Assembly (NCBI RefSeq): GCF_964355755.1 | Contig: NC_092671.1 | Coordinates: forward strand, 37,148,304 to 37,212,303 | Direction: 5' to 3' | Length of the DNA: 64,000 nucleotides | From: Antedon mediterranea | Taxonomy: Eukaryota > Animalia > Echinodermata | Shown: positions 14,060 to 26,200 of the stretch, piece after piece | Numbering within the stretch: the stretch's first letter is position 1 | Layout: each line of letters opens with the position of its first letter | Position numbers and translations under genes: made by a program | Notes under the pieces: model-generated | Told to the model about the DNA's origin: nothing | What the model saw: only the letters and a program-made list of their open reading frames with translations | The model's database searches: none

Positions 14060-14340
14060 TTTCATATTTTTCTTAGTTTTCTTTTTATGTAAAATGTTTA
14101 TTTATATTTTATTCGTGTTCTTTTATGTAAGATTTACATATTTTCTTAGTGTTCCTTATGTAAGAGGGTAACATAGTTTCTGTGTTTTCTTTTTATGTAA
14201 AATGTTTACATATTTTTTATTTGTGTTCCTTTATGTAAGATTTACATATTTTCTTAGTGTTCTTTATGTAAGAGGGTAACATATGTTCTTTGTTTTCTTT
14301 TTAATTTAAATGTTTACATATATTTTTTTGTGTTCCTTAG
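14060..14340. repeat. Low-complexity tandem repeat (~30-bp units with a higher-order ~110-bp period)
   Basis: TTTATGTAAGATTTACATATTTTCTTAGTGTTC variants repeated. Confidence 0.7.
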
Positions 14341-15008
14341 TTTTAAAAACAAGATGTAACCAGATCATTTCATTTGTGTTTCATTTATATAGCTTTACTT
14401 TCTTTAAATTAATAAGGAATGAAATTTTATTGTAAGACAATCTGTGAATTTTATTAGAATACGGATATTTCAGCATGTTTGAAGGAGATTGTTAATTTTG
14501 CGAGAAAAACCCTAAAATTTGACCAAAAAATTCTTCATATATTTCTTGTTCTGCTAACAGTGTATGTTACTATGCATCATATTTGTCTTCTCCTTCAGCA
14601 TGGTCTCTTTTCTCGTTTTAAAAGGGTGTTAATTATTTTACAGGGTGTATTATAACATTGTGCTATGTAAGTCTTCCCAACTTTTCTGTAAATATCTTTT
14701 AAATAGTGTGCAAAATATTTATGTTTTATTATAATCTTTTAGTGGGATATGAATATTCTCATTTATCCAGGTAGTTTTAATTTTAGAAAGATTTCAATCT
14801 AATCCACTGGACTTGTTTAGTAAACAGCAATGTTTCACGACCTAGCCAGGTCAAATTGTTGCATTTGGTCAGTGACCCGTGACAGGGGTCGAGGATCTGT
14901 AAAATCTGTTATTATAACTTGATTTTACCCTTAGCTTTGTACAGAGGTGCTTACATGGTACCTGTATACCTTGTCATTTGCCATTTGGCATGGCAGTCTT
15001 CTTTCTAA

Positions 15009-15215
15009 AGCTCTGTCTACACTATCAAATTTTATGTGACAAAAAAGTGTTTCCCAAATATGGACTTGATGATGTCATATCAATACCATAAGTGTGATGT
15101 GTTCAAATATGGTAGTGATATGCATAAATATGGTAGTGATATGCATAAATATGGTAGTGATATGATATCATCATGTCCATATATGGGCATAGAGTTTTAT
15201 AGTGTAGACAGAGCT
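15009..15215. mobile_element. MITE family A copy
   Basis: AGCTCTGTCTACACTATCAAA ... TAGTGTAGACAGAGCT. Confidence 0.8.
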
Positions 15216-16149
15216 GTACTAATAATTCAAATGCATAATTGAATGCATCATTTATTATATGGTATGTAATTTAGTTTGATTTTGCGATAGTTATTACAAA
15301 TTTTTAGATGTTCTTTTGTTTGTTGATTTAATATGATTTTTAATTTTGTTTTATTAATTAATTTTGTTTAATATGTGAATCTTTTATCATTGCTATACAT
15401 TTTATCATTTCATTTGCAGAATGTATATAACTATATATATATTATTCATATTATATGATATTACAATATTTTTATTTAACATTTTATTTCAATGTTTTTT
15501 TAACAAGTTTACTATTTGAGTAAAATTAACACAGTTTAATTTCAATTGTTTAATTTACTTTTTTATTGACTGAATAATGTTATTGTTGTTAATCTACAGT
15601 ATACAATTCTTATTTATATAGACCACCTATCAAAAACTTTCAACAGTTATATATATATTTGTTTTAAACAAAATTGTTTATCTATTTACGTGTGTGTGTT
15701 CTATCTGTTTCTTTTTTAAAGACATAATATTTTTAATTTTCTTACCTTGATTGTACAGTATGTGCAATAACATTTGGTATAGTATTCACTATTGTGACTC
15801 TGTACCTTGGTTAAATAGTATTTATCAGGGCATTCCTAATTACAGTATCTTCTGTATAGTTTGTAACCAGCAGAGAATCATGGACGAACGACATTTTAGT
15901 ATTGGATTTTAGCTCATTTTTTATTCTTTTTGGCCTTAATTTGGTTAATTTCTTAGTAGCTATGCTATGTTATGCTCATATAATAGTTTGCTTTATAAAT
16001 AAAGAAAATATATTAAAAAGAAATCGAATTGTCTTGTGCAGTTGTGTTCTATCACATGTTCTATCACACGCAATGGAGATATAATAAATTATGTATACTG
16101 TAACTGATGTAAATTGTATTGATCAACTTTAAAAATCACTTGAAATATA

Positions 16150-17085
16150 ATCTGTTTGAACGAATTAGTAATTCGTTTGAACGAATTAGTAATCTGTTTA
16201 AACAAATTATTAATTTGTTTAAACGGATTACTAATTCGTTTGAACGAATTAGTAATCCGTTTAAACAAATTATTAATTTGTTTAAACAAATTATTAATTT
16301 GTTTAAACGGATTACTAATTCGTTTGAACAAATTAGTAATCCGTTTAAACAAATTAGTAATTTGTTTGAACGGATTAGTAATCCGTTCAAACGAATTACA
16401 ACATATACTTTAAATGGCACTTGTTGTGTATGTTGCAATTCGTTTGAACGGATTACTAATTCGTTTAAACAGATTAATAATCTGTTCAAACGAATTAGGA
16501 ATCCGTCCAAACGGATTAATAATTTGTTTAAACGGATTACTAATCTGTTTAAACGAATTACTAATTCGTTTAAACGAATTAGTAATCCGTTTAAACAAAT
16601 TATTAATTTGTTTAAACAAATTACTAATTTGTTTAAACGGATTACTAATTCGTTCAAACGAATTACTAATTCGTTCAAACAGATTAGTAATCCGTTTAAA
16701 CAAATTATTAATTTGTTTAAACAAATTATTAATTTGTTTAAACAAATTATTAATTTGTTTAAACAAATTTCTAATTTGTTTAAACGAATTAGTAATCCGT
16801 TTAAACAAATTATTAATTCGTTTAAACAAATTAGTAATCCGTTTAAACAAATTATTAATTCGTTTGAACGAATTAGTAATTCGTTTGAACAAATTAGTAA
16901 TCCGTTTAAACAAATTAGTAATTCGTTTGAACGGATTAGTAATCCGTTTAAACGAATTACAACATATACTTTAAATGGCACTTGTTGTATATGTTGCAAT
17001 TCGTTTGAACGGATTACTAATTCGTTTGAACAGATTATTAATCCGTTCAAACGAATTACTAATTCGTTAGAACGGATTACGTTCG
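16150..17085. repeat. 21-bp-period quasi-palindromic satellite with a 561-bp higher-order duplication
   Basis: Units such as TAATCCGTTTAAACAAATTAG and TAATTCGTTTGAACGAATTAG. A near-identical interrupting block ACAACATATACTTTAAATGGCACTTGTTG occurs at ~16398 and ~16959. Confidence 0.9.
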
Positions 17086-17271
17086 AAAAACATATACTTC
17101 AAATGGCATTAATGGGCTTTCGTACAATTATTTATTTATCATGTGTTTTATAAATTGACCTACATATTCAATTTATAGAGGGCGCGCTATCAAACTAAAT
17201 ATTTTTAATAAAATTAAACCTGACTAGCCTAGGCCTCAACTTGTAGCATTTAAAGGCTACAGCAATTTAAA

Positions 17272-20200
17272 ATGGATGTTCCTGTTCTTGTAAAACAACT
17301 AGAGCAGCAAGAATTAGAGGTATTTGTTTTGTAATGTTTCAGTGAATTCCAGTAATCTAACAGAAATATAAGATAAATAGGTTTGTTTAGCTAGGCCAGG
17401 GGCAATCAGCAACAACAGCCCGCCGCTACTAGCTAGCCCACCTCTAGAACTAGACGTCGACTACTGCCACCACTCACTCACTGGTGCTGGATGATTTAAA
17501 GGCATACCTAGAAGGCCTACGAATTTCTCCATGATTAAAATAGTTAGCTATAAGTAACGCCAGTAGTAGCTAAGGCCAAGGCCTCCTATATAGGCTAGGC
17601 CTATGCAGGTCGATCGATGGTTAATTTATATGATGATATCTGTAATTTTATTTTAAGGGTCAGTCTAATTACCGAAAACAACCGAAAACAACCGAAAATA
17701 ACCGAAAACAACCGAAAACAACCGGAAACAACCCTAAACAACCGAAAACAAACCGGAAACAAACCGAAAACAAACTAAACAAGAAATATTTCTTACAAAA
17801 AACGCCGCGTAACTTTTTGACTGGACAGTTGCAAGAACAGTCTTCATTAATCTAATATAATAGGTCAGCCAATCAAAACGCAAGTGAACAATTGGGACTT
17901 TACTTGTGATTTATGTCATTGGCCTGTCAGCACAGTCGTTTCTTTCTAGAATTAAACGCACACACTTGTATTGGGAATAATGTATGTTTATGTGGTTATT
18001 ACTATCGCATTTAGGTATTGATAATAATAATAATAATATGGCTTTTGAATATATAATTACTGTCTGTAGAATAGCATTTATGCATTTTCGGTTCGCGATG
18101 AAAAGTTATATGAATGCATTTGTAATAGGTATTTATAATAATAGTATATGGGTTGTATTATTGCTAAGCAATCACCAAATCGCGTTATAACATTATTTCT
18201 CAGGGTTTTTTGCACCATTGATCAATACCAAACGCGTATCGGTATTATATTTTTTAATGAATCATTACATTAATAAAAATACCCAATTAAATCAATCGCG
18301 TCAGTCCAATTCCGACTTATGTTTCGATCACATAGTTCTGTGTCTACACTGTCCCAACTAGTTTAACAAAAAAAGTGTGATGTGCCCAAATATGGTAGTG
18401 ATATGCCCGAATATCGTAGTGATATGACATCGTCATGTCTATATAATATGGGCACATCATATCTAGTTTGATAGTATAGACAGAGCTTAAGGATTATATT
18501 TAAAAAATGTTTTCTTACATTTTGAAAAAAAGTATTTATTTGTTTATAAGCCCAATTTTCCAGTCTTAATTTTACATTTTAAACGAAATTATTTATTTGT
18601 TGATAAGCCGAATTTTCCAGTTTAATAACAATGACCCCTTCCAAAGTGCTTATACCATATACATTTTACATGATATTGACCGTGGGTTCTTTACGCCTCT
18701 GATGCATTTGTTTTTATTGTACCTTTTTAATAAATTATTATATGTTTAGGCCTAATCACACCCAATTTAATGAAACAGTCAGATTCCGATTTCAATTGAA
18801 CGAAAGTAGGCCTAGTACTGTATTTATTATTCATTGATAAGCCAAGGGTCCCATGGCGTTAGCCGATATCTTGAGCATTTGACTCATGTGTCAACCTGTA
18901 ACACAAATCATTCTTCAAAATCTAAAGAAAGGACCTCACACGTCTTTTTTGTGAGTGATACACTATGGATATGCCCACGGAAATAATATGTGGACATTGC
19001 AAACAATCATAGGCCTACAGTAACAAACATAACATGGCTAATAAGCATAACATTCAGACTTGTTTGTTTTCTAGTGGATTTTTATTTACTTTAGCATGTA
19101 GAATAAAACTAGTAACAGTGGCTATATTAATAATTATACTGATTATCCTTGATGTTATCGCGTCTAATAATAAAATATTTTGTTGTTGATAAGCCCAATT
19201 TTTCAGCCTTGATTTTAGGCTACATTTTGAACGAAAGTATTTATTTGTTGATAAGCCCAATTTTGCAGTCTTAATATGACCCTTCCACAGTGCATTTTAC
19301 ATGATATTGACCGAGGGTTTTTACGCCTATAGCCACTGATCAATACCATAATTAATGTACTTTTTTAAATGAATATTGAAATGTTTCAACATACCCAATT
19401 CAAAAAAACGGTCCGTTTTCGAGTTCAATCTTTTGATTATTAGAGAGGTTGGAGTTTCATTTTGAACGAAAGTATTTATTTGATTGATAAGCCAAATTTC
19501 TAGTCCTAATGATTTGAGATAAATATAATAAGTATAATTATGAATTCACCAACACTTTCAGGCCCAATAACAATGATCCCGGGCCCGAGTTTTTGTAGAC
19601 CGGACTTCCATGCACAGCCACATGTTAAGGAATATGAATCTCTTTATGATTTTAATATGGTTCGAAATGATATTACACAACAACGATTAGACAGCAACTG
19701 TGCAAGAGTCCAACTAATAAAATCGGAATGATCAATTAATTGAACATTTACAGCATAAGGCCCATACACTAGGACGATAACGATTGACGATAAATAGACA
19801 AATGTGCATTTTTAATACATAAACCAAAAGAAATATAAACAATTCCTTTGATGAAAATTATATTTTCACACGTCCAATCAAATGACGTCATGATTAGTAA
19901 GACCAATAATATCGTGACAATACAGCGATTTTATTGTTTTTATTTATCATGACGTCATTTGATTGGAATTTGAAAAACATTATTTTTATCAAAGACAGCA
20001 TAAATGATTATCCTATAGGTCTAGAACGAAAACCTTTCTAATTTCTTTTGGTTTATGTAAAAAAATGCATGCTATATATTTATCGTCCGTCGTTATCGTC
20101 ATAGTGTAATTGGGCCTTTATACAAAAAAAATAAATTGATTACGAAGTTACATGTCATTTTCACCTATCACCAAAAAACTAACCTTTTCAACACTAATTA

Positions 20201-23200
20201 ATTGGTACGAAGCCAATTTATATTATATATTTCATTAAAACTGAACTTTACGGTAAATGAAGAGTAAATATCAGTTAATATGAATAATATAACTAGTAGG
20301 TCAATGAACTTGCGTCCAGACACAGAACTGTGACATTACTATCATAAATGTTGAAACCACTTATAAACCTTTTTTTAAAGAAAATATAATTGTGTTAGGA
20401 GAAGGCTAATAAACAAATAGATAATGTACAAACCTTTTTGGATTAATTAATGAAGCAGGCGTTCCTAATAATCTGCTGCTGCTACCTAGACTGATTGTTC
20501 ACCTTCTGACGATAATTGATTGGACCCCCCCCCCCCCCCCCCCACCCACGGCATCTGATAACCAAAAAAAAAATTTACCAGGACTGTTTCAATGATTTAA
20601 TATCTGACGGCGTATTATTATAACATTGGCCTAGATTGACAGTCAAAAGAAAGTCATTGTAAATATCTCCCTTTATGTTGACAGAGCCAACATAAAGTTT
20701 TGACCATTATCGAATGATTATTTGACAGTGACCTATTATAATACCGGCCTGGTTGACAGCAAAAACGAAGTTATTATTTATTGAACAAGATTTTACAGAT
20801 TTCCGTCTACATCTCAATAATACTGTATTATCAGCAAAGGCTTTCATATAGACTCTCTTCTCCCAGACGTTTTTTGGGTCCAGCAGCTACCTATAAATTA
20901 TAGTCGAGTTTCCAAATTCACAAAACTGTCAGCCTTAGATACTAAAGCTACCGCTATGAAACAGCTTATTAATGAATGTGTCCTCCTGGGACATAGCTGG
21001 CTAGAGCCGCGGCGCGAAAAAATCTAATTACCGAAAACAAATTTTTTTTACGTCGCCCTCTATATTAATGATATATTGAAGTAGATAGCACTGCGTTACT
21101 ACACGTGAGCCTTGGTTTGGTTGTCAGGATCTGACGAGTATTCGGCACCAATATCAGGGGCGGATCCAGGATTTTGAAATAGGGAGGTGGGAGGGGGGGG
21201 GGGGGGGGCAAAGGTAAAGTTTTCCCCTATGACATGTTCATTTCAAACTGAGAAGCAAAAAGCAAAGCTAAATACGTCAGAGGTGTTTTTTTGTTTTATA
21301 GTAGGCCTATACCTCCACCCCACAAATAATCCACTGAAAATTCATTCAATAGTCTATTATTTATTAAACTTTGTTATTCGGTGGCCATATAACAGCTAGT
21401 AGGCCTACTAAGAGATTTGTAATGCCTGAGATAATCATTGTGGGTGGGTGGGTTTAGTTCTGATAAAATGATAAGAAGTATTGGAACCATGGTGGGGCCT
21501 GTGGCGAAGCTAATTTACTCCCATGACACCCCTAGCTAGATGGCCGGAAATGGGTACTCTCGCGCGTAAAATTCATGAAAAATGGAACCTCATATCATTT
21601 GACGTTATTTTAATGTTGATTCTTGAATTTATTTGTTCACTAAACGAATAACTGTAATTTATTTGAATGCAAATAGAGAGAAAATGATGCCTATGTGCTC
21701 ACGCATGAATTTGTTCAAAGTACTTGTTTCATTAAAAAATCACTTTGAAAAGAAAGAGTATAGCTAGCCTTCTGGTGTAATGCCCAATTCACCACTAGAC
21801 TTTACAAGTATTGTAATACAAATTAAAATCAAGGTTAAAATAAAATAAAAAAATATATAAAGTTAATTATAAAACATTTATTAAATAAGTTAAATTCTTA
21901 ATTCCAGCAGTGTGCGTTTTAGAGAGGATTCATTTTAAGTGCCCTTTTGCAGCGACAGCTTAATTTTGATTAAGTTGTTTAACAATTAAACGTAATGTTG
22001 TTTCCCCTGATTAATGAGTTAATGAATGTTTTTCTCCGTTGAAATATATATATATATATAAAATAGTCTGACAAAAATGATGACAGGAAGTGAAAACACA
22101 AACATTTTACATTAACTTGTAAATCTTTATTAACCTTAGGCCTAATCATATTGAGAGAACATGAGAACACAACTCAAGTCTGTAACATCTTTTAAGTACT
22201 AAATTTCATTTTGTTTTCGAGGTACAAACTCGATTCAAGATATCAGATGTATTATCAACATCTAGCCATGTTTGTTTAACTACAACAAACTAAATTTAAA
22301 TAACATAGTGTAGTAAATAAATAACATTTTTCATGTTTTAAATAATACATGAGAACACAACTGAAAATCTGTAACATAATTCCTAGTGTTAAAGCGAATT
22401 TACGATTTGCACCGAATAGAGGTGTTTTTCACAAACTGTTTTACATATAAACACAATATACACAAATAAACGTCGTAGAAGTGGTGTATTATTGTCATGC
22501 GGTACGTACATTTGAAATCGCTGAAATTATACTATGTATTCGAGAACCATCCCTAGTTGTTAAAATTGTTATAAAATACTAAAAAATATTTTATAAGTGA
22601 TTATATCGAATTACAGTACTTAAAAATGCTTATATATTAAAATGCTTATATATTATGCGTGGTGCGTGTGAGTGTTAGGCTACTATTATGTAGTTTCTTT
22701 TATATTATATGTAGCAATACTTTAACTTTCCAACTTGTATCTTTAAAACCTTATTTCATGTTTTTTTCTTTATGATAATGTTTTATTTTTCAAAGGGTCT
22801 TACGACTACAGACAATTCCTTGTCTCTGTAAGATTCATGTAACATATATATTAAATATCTAACATATTGTAGATTCTGTAAGTAAATGGTACGGTGTTAT
22901 CATTGAGTTTGTACGATATCGAGTTAAATTTTGTGCACACTTCCATTTCGTATGGTCTCTCTATCTCCTTGGCTTTGCGCGCGCGGTCTTGTTGGCTTTA
23001 GAAACACCTATCAATAGAGGGCGACATTAAAAAAATATACTGTAGAAATTTGTTTGGCGTGCGAGGTCAATATAGTAGCTGCATCAAATTTGTTTTCGGT
23101 ATTTAGATATTGTTATTTTGTTTTCGGTTTGTTTTCGGTTGTTTTTGGTTGTTTATGGTTGTTTTCAGTTGTTTATGGTTGTTTTCGGTTGTTTTCGGTT

Positions 23201-26200
23201 GTTTTCGGTTGTTTTCGGTAATTAGACTGACCGTATTTTAAAGACCCCTTCCCTGCTATTTTGGACGTTTTTTGAAAAATAATACATATATATCACTTTA
23301 AAAACATTAAACCATGTCATTCCTTGTCTTAAATGTACGTTTTATGGTAAATTATGATAAAAAGTGAGAAACAATGCACTACCTAAGTAGCTCGCGGCGA
23401 TCGGCCTCTCGTGGACGGTCTTAGGCCTAGCCTAGCTAGGCTTAGTTTTGTAGGCCTAGCTGGTAAACATCGGTAACGTACGAACATCGTACGCTAGCTA
23501 TATACCTAGCCTGACGTTGTATAGTTGCTGCATTAATTGTCTTTCTATTTTGCCAGACTCCGTTGATACAAATTGGGGAAAACCCGGTATTTTCGCTGAA
23601 AAGTTAGGAGTCTTCCATTTGTTTTGGCCTCACGATCGATCGAAAAGTGGGCGAATTACAGGTGAAAAACAAAAATATCAATCCGCGCGCAATGCATTTT
23701 GGGATTTATAGCGGGCCGCTATAATTATTAAAATCGACTTATTTTTCACATTTTTAACCGTTTAAAGACGAAAAAAGTTATCGCAATAGGACCATATAGT
23801 ATTATTTTTACATTAAATATAGTTTGTGATCTTAAATTAGATCTAAAAAACGTAGGGAAGGGGGCTTTAAGTATTAGGCCTAGCTAGGCCCTACAGTACT
23901 AGGCCTACATTTTATTTTATTATTATTTTTTATTTAATTTTCAGTCCCCAGGAGGCGTGGCAACACCAGAGGTCTATGCTAAGCTCATGCTGCTATATCT
24001 TCTTCAGAATGATTTGTAAGTGTGCAATGCATTGTATTCAACCATGGATTAAAGAATAATTATATATTTTTTATAATATTCTTTACTCCATGATTCAACA
24101 CTATAATAAGTTGAATTGCTAATTTGTTTAACCGTTAAAAATGTATAAAATGTAACTTACATTTCCTCCTCAGAAATAATGCAAGATATCTTTGGAAAAG
24201 AATACCAGAATCTGTCAAGACAGTAAGTTACGATTACATCTCCAGATTGCCAATCAATGCCCAATCAATCGATCAATCAAGCAATCCATCAATGCCCAAT
24301 CAATCAATGCCCATCAATCAATCAATGCCCAATTAATCAATGTCTAATCAAATCAATCAATGCCCAATCAATGCCCCATCAATCAATGCACAATTAATCA
24401 ATGTCTAATCAAATCAATCAATGCCTAATCAAATCAATGCCCAATCAATCAATTCCCCATCAATCAATCCCCCATCAATCAATCAATGACCAATCAATCA
24501 ATGTCCCATAAATCAATCAATGCCCCATCAATCAATCAATGCCCCATCAATCAATGCCTAATCAAATCAATCAATCAATGTCCAATCAATCAATGACCAA
24601 TTAATCAATGGCCAATCAACCAATGGCCAATCAATCAATTCACAATTAATCAATACCAAAAATTACAGACTTCCAAGACGCTGCTCTACTTGCAATCAGT
24701 TGTCCTCCAGGTCTTCTAAAATCAATTTGTAATCTGTCTACAAATTAATGTTTTTAATATCAATTTAAAACTAGGCAAACACAGATCTAGGCCAAATATG
24801 GGCTGTTGGGCAAAAGTTATGGCAGCGAGATTATGGGGGCGTGTACATACATCTCAATCATGATTGGTCAGATAGTATCAAGAACGAAATGGAAGAATTA
24901 ACAAGTAGGTATATAATTTCATAAAGCACAGATAATAGGTCATTTTTCCAAAGAGCAATATGACCATGATATGGGATCAAACTAGAGACATAAGTTCATG
25001 CCATCTTGCTTGCTTAAAGACTTTATCTTCATTGCTTCATCCTTCAGATGGGACATAAAGCTGTCACGTCTATATAATGCATATACACACTATATAGAAC
25101 TTAATTAATACACTATTAAAAGGAGTAAGGAATTGTCTCCGGTGTGCTAATCATAGTAGTATAATAGCTATTTTAAAATTTAAAATATATTTTAAAACAA
25201 TTTATCTTGCGAATATTTAAAGATATATTGTCCCCTTAAAAATGTTTGTTACAGTATTCACTTTGACCAAAAACTGGATAGAAAAAGCACGAATGTGCAA
25301 TACTCTGGGTACAGCGAAAGAAGCTGTATACAGACGTATACAGTTAGAAAGTTAAAGAAAAATAGGTTTCACCAGGGCTCGAACCGGGACCTTCTGCGTG
25401 TTACGCAGACTTGACAACCACTACACTACGAAACCTCTTACATTAAAATTGTGGGTTACAGAAAGTTTTTTAATCCATTTAAATTACAAATAAATGGTAA
25501 TAAGCACAAAGCAAAATAAACATGTGTAAAAGTGATAATTACCGATTACACAAAATAAGTATTTTAAAAAATAATAATAAGATATACTGTGTATAATTAT
25601 AATATTGCGTATACAGTACTTTTCACCATAAAGTTTAAAAAAAAAGGTTTAGCCCGGGCTCGAACCAGGTACCTTCTGCGTATTGAGCAAACGTGATAAC
25701 CACTACGCCAAGAAGCCGCATATAACTACATAACGCTGTGGTGTGTGTCACACATTGTGGCTTCTTAATTAAACAAATTAATTAACAAAAAAGCACGAAT
25801 GTGCAATACTCGGGGTACAGCGAAAGAAGCTGTATACAGACGTATACAGTTATTTCACCATAAAGGAAAAGAAACCCGAGGTTTCGCCAGGGCTCGAACC
25901 GGGACCTTCTGCGTGTTAAGCAGACTTGACAACCACTACACTACGAAAACCACTTACACTAAAAATGTGGGTTACAGAAAGTTTTTTAATCCATTTAAAT
26001 TACAAATAAATATGGTAATAAGCACAAAGAAAAATAAACATGTGTAAAAGTGATAATTACCGATTACACAAAATAAGTATTTAAAAAAATAATAAAAATA
26101 AGATATACTGTGTATAATTATCATATTGCGTATAGAGTACTTTTCACCATAACGTTTAAAAAAAAGGTTTCGTCCGGGCTCGAACCAGGTACCTTCTGCG

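Larger units (their letters stand above)
17657..23233. mobile_element. 5.6-kb non-autonomous foldback/Mutator-like element in COPS8 intron 1
   Basis: TIR GGTCAGTCTAATT followed by tandem ACCGAAAACA 10-mers, mirrored at ~23120-23232. Flanking direct repeat TATTTTAA at 17649-17656 and 23234-23241. Confidence 0.8.

Noticed and set aside
16089-17153. Long overlapping ORFs (344, 304, 186, 167 aa) resembling heptad/LRR proteins
   Set aside because: Artefact of a stop-free 21-bp palindromic repeat that is open on both strands.
20820-20995. Possible decayed coding exon inside the 5.6-kb element
   Set aside because: Early stop on the minus strand and no recognisable motif.
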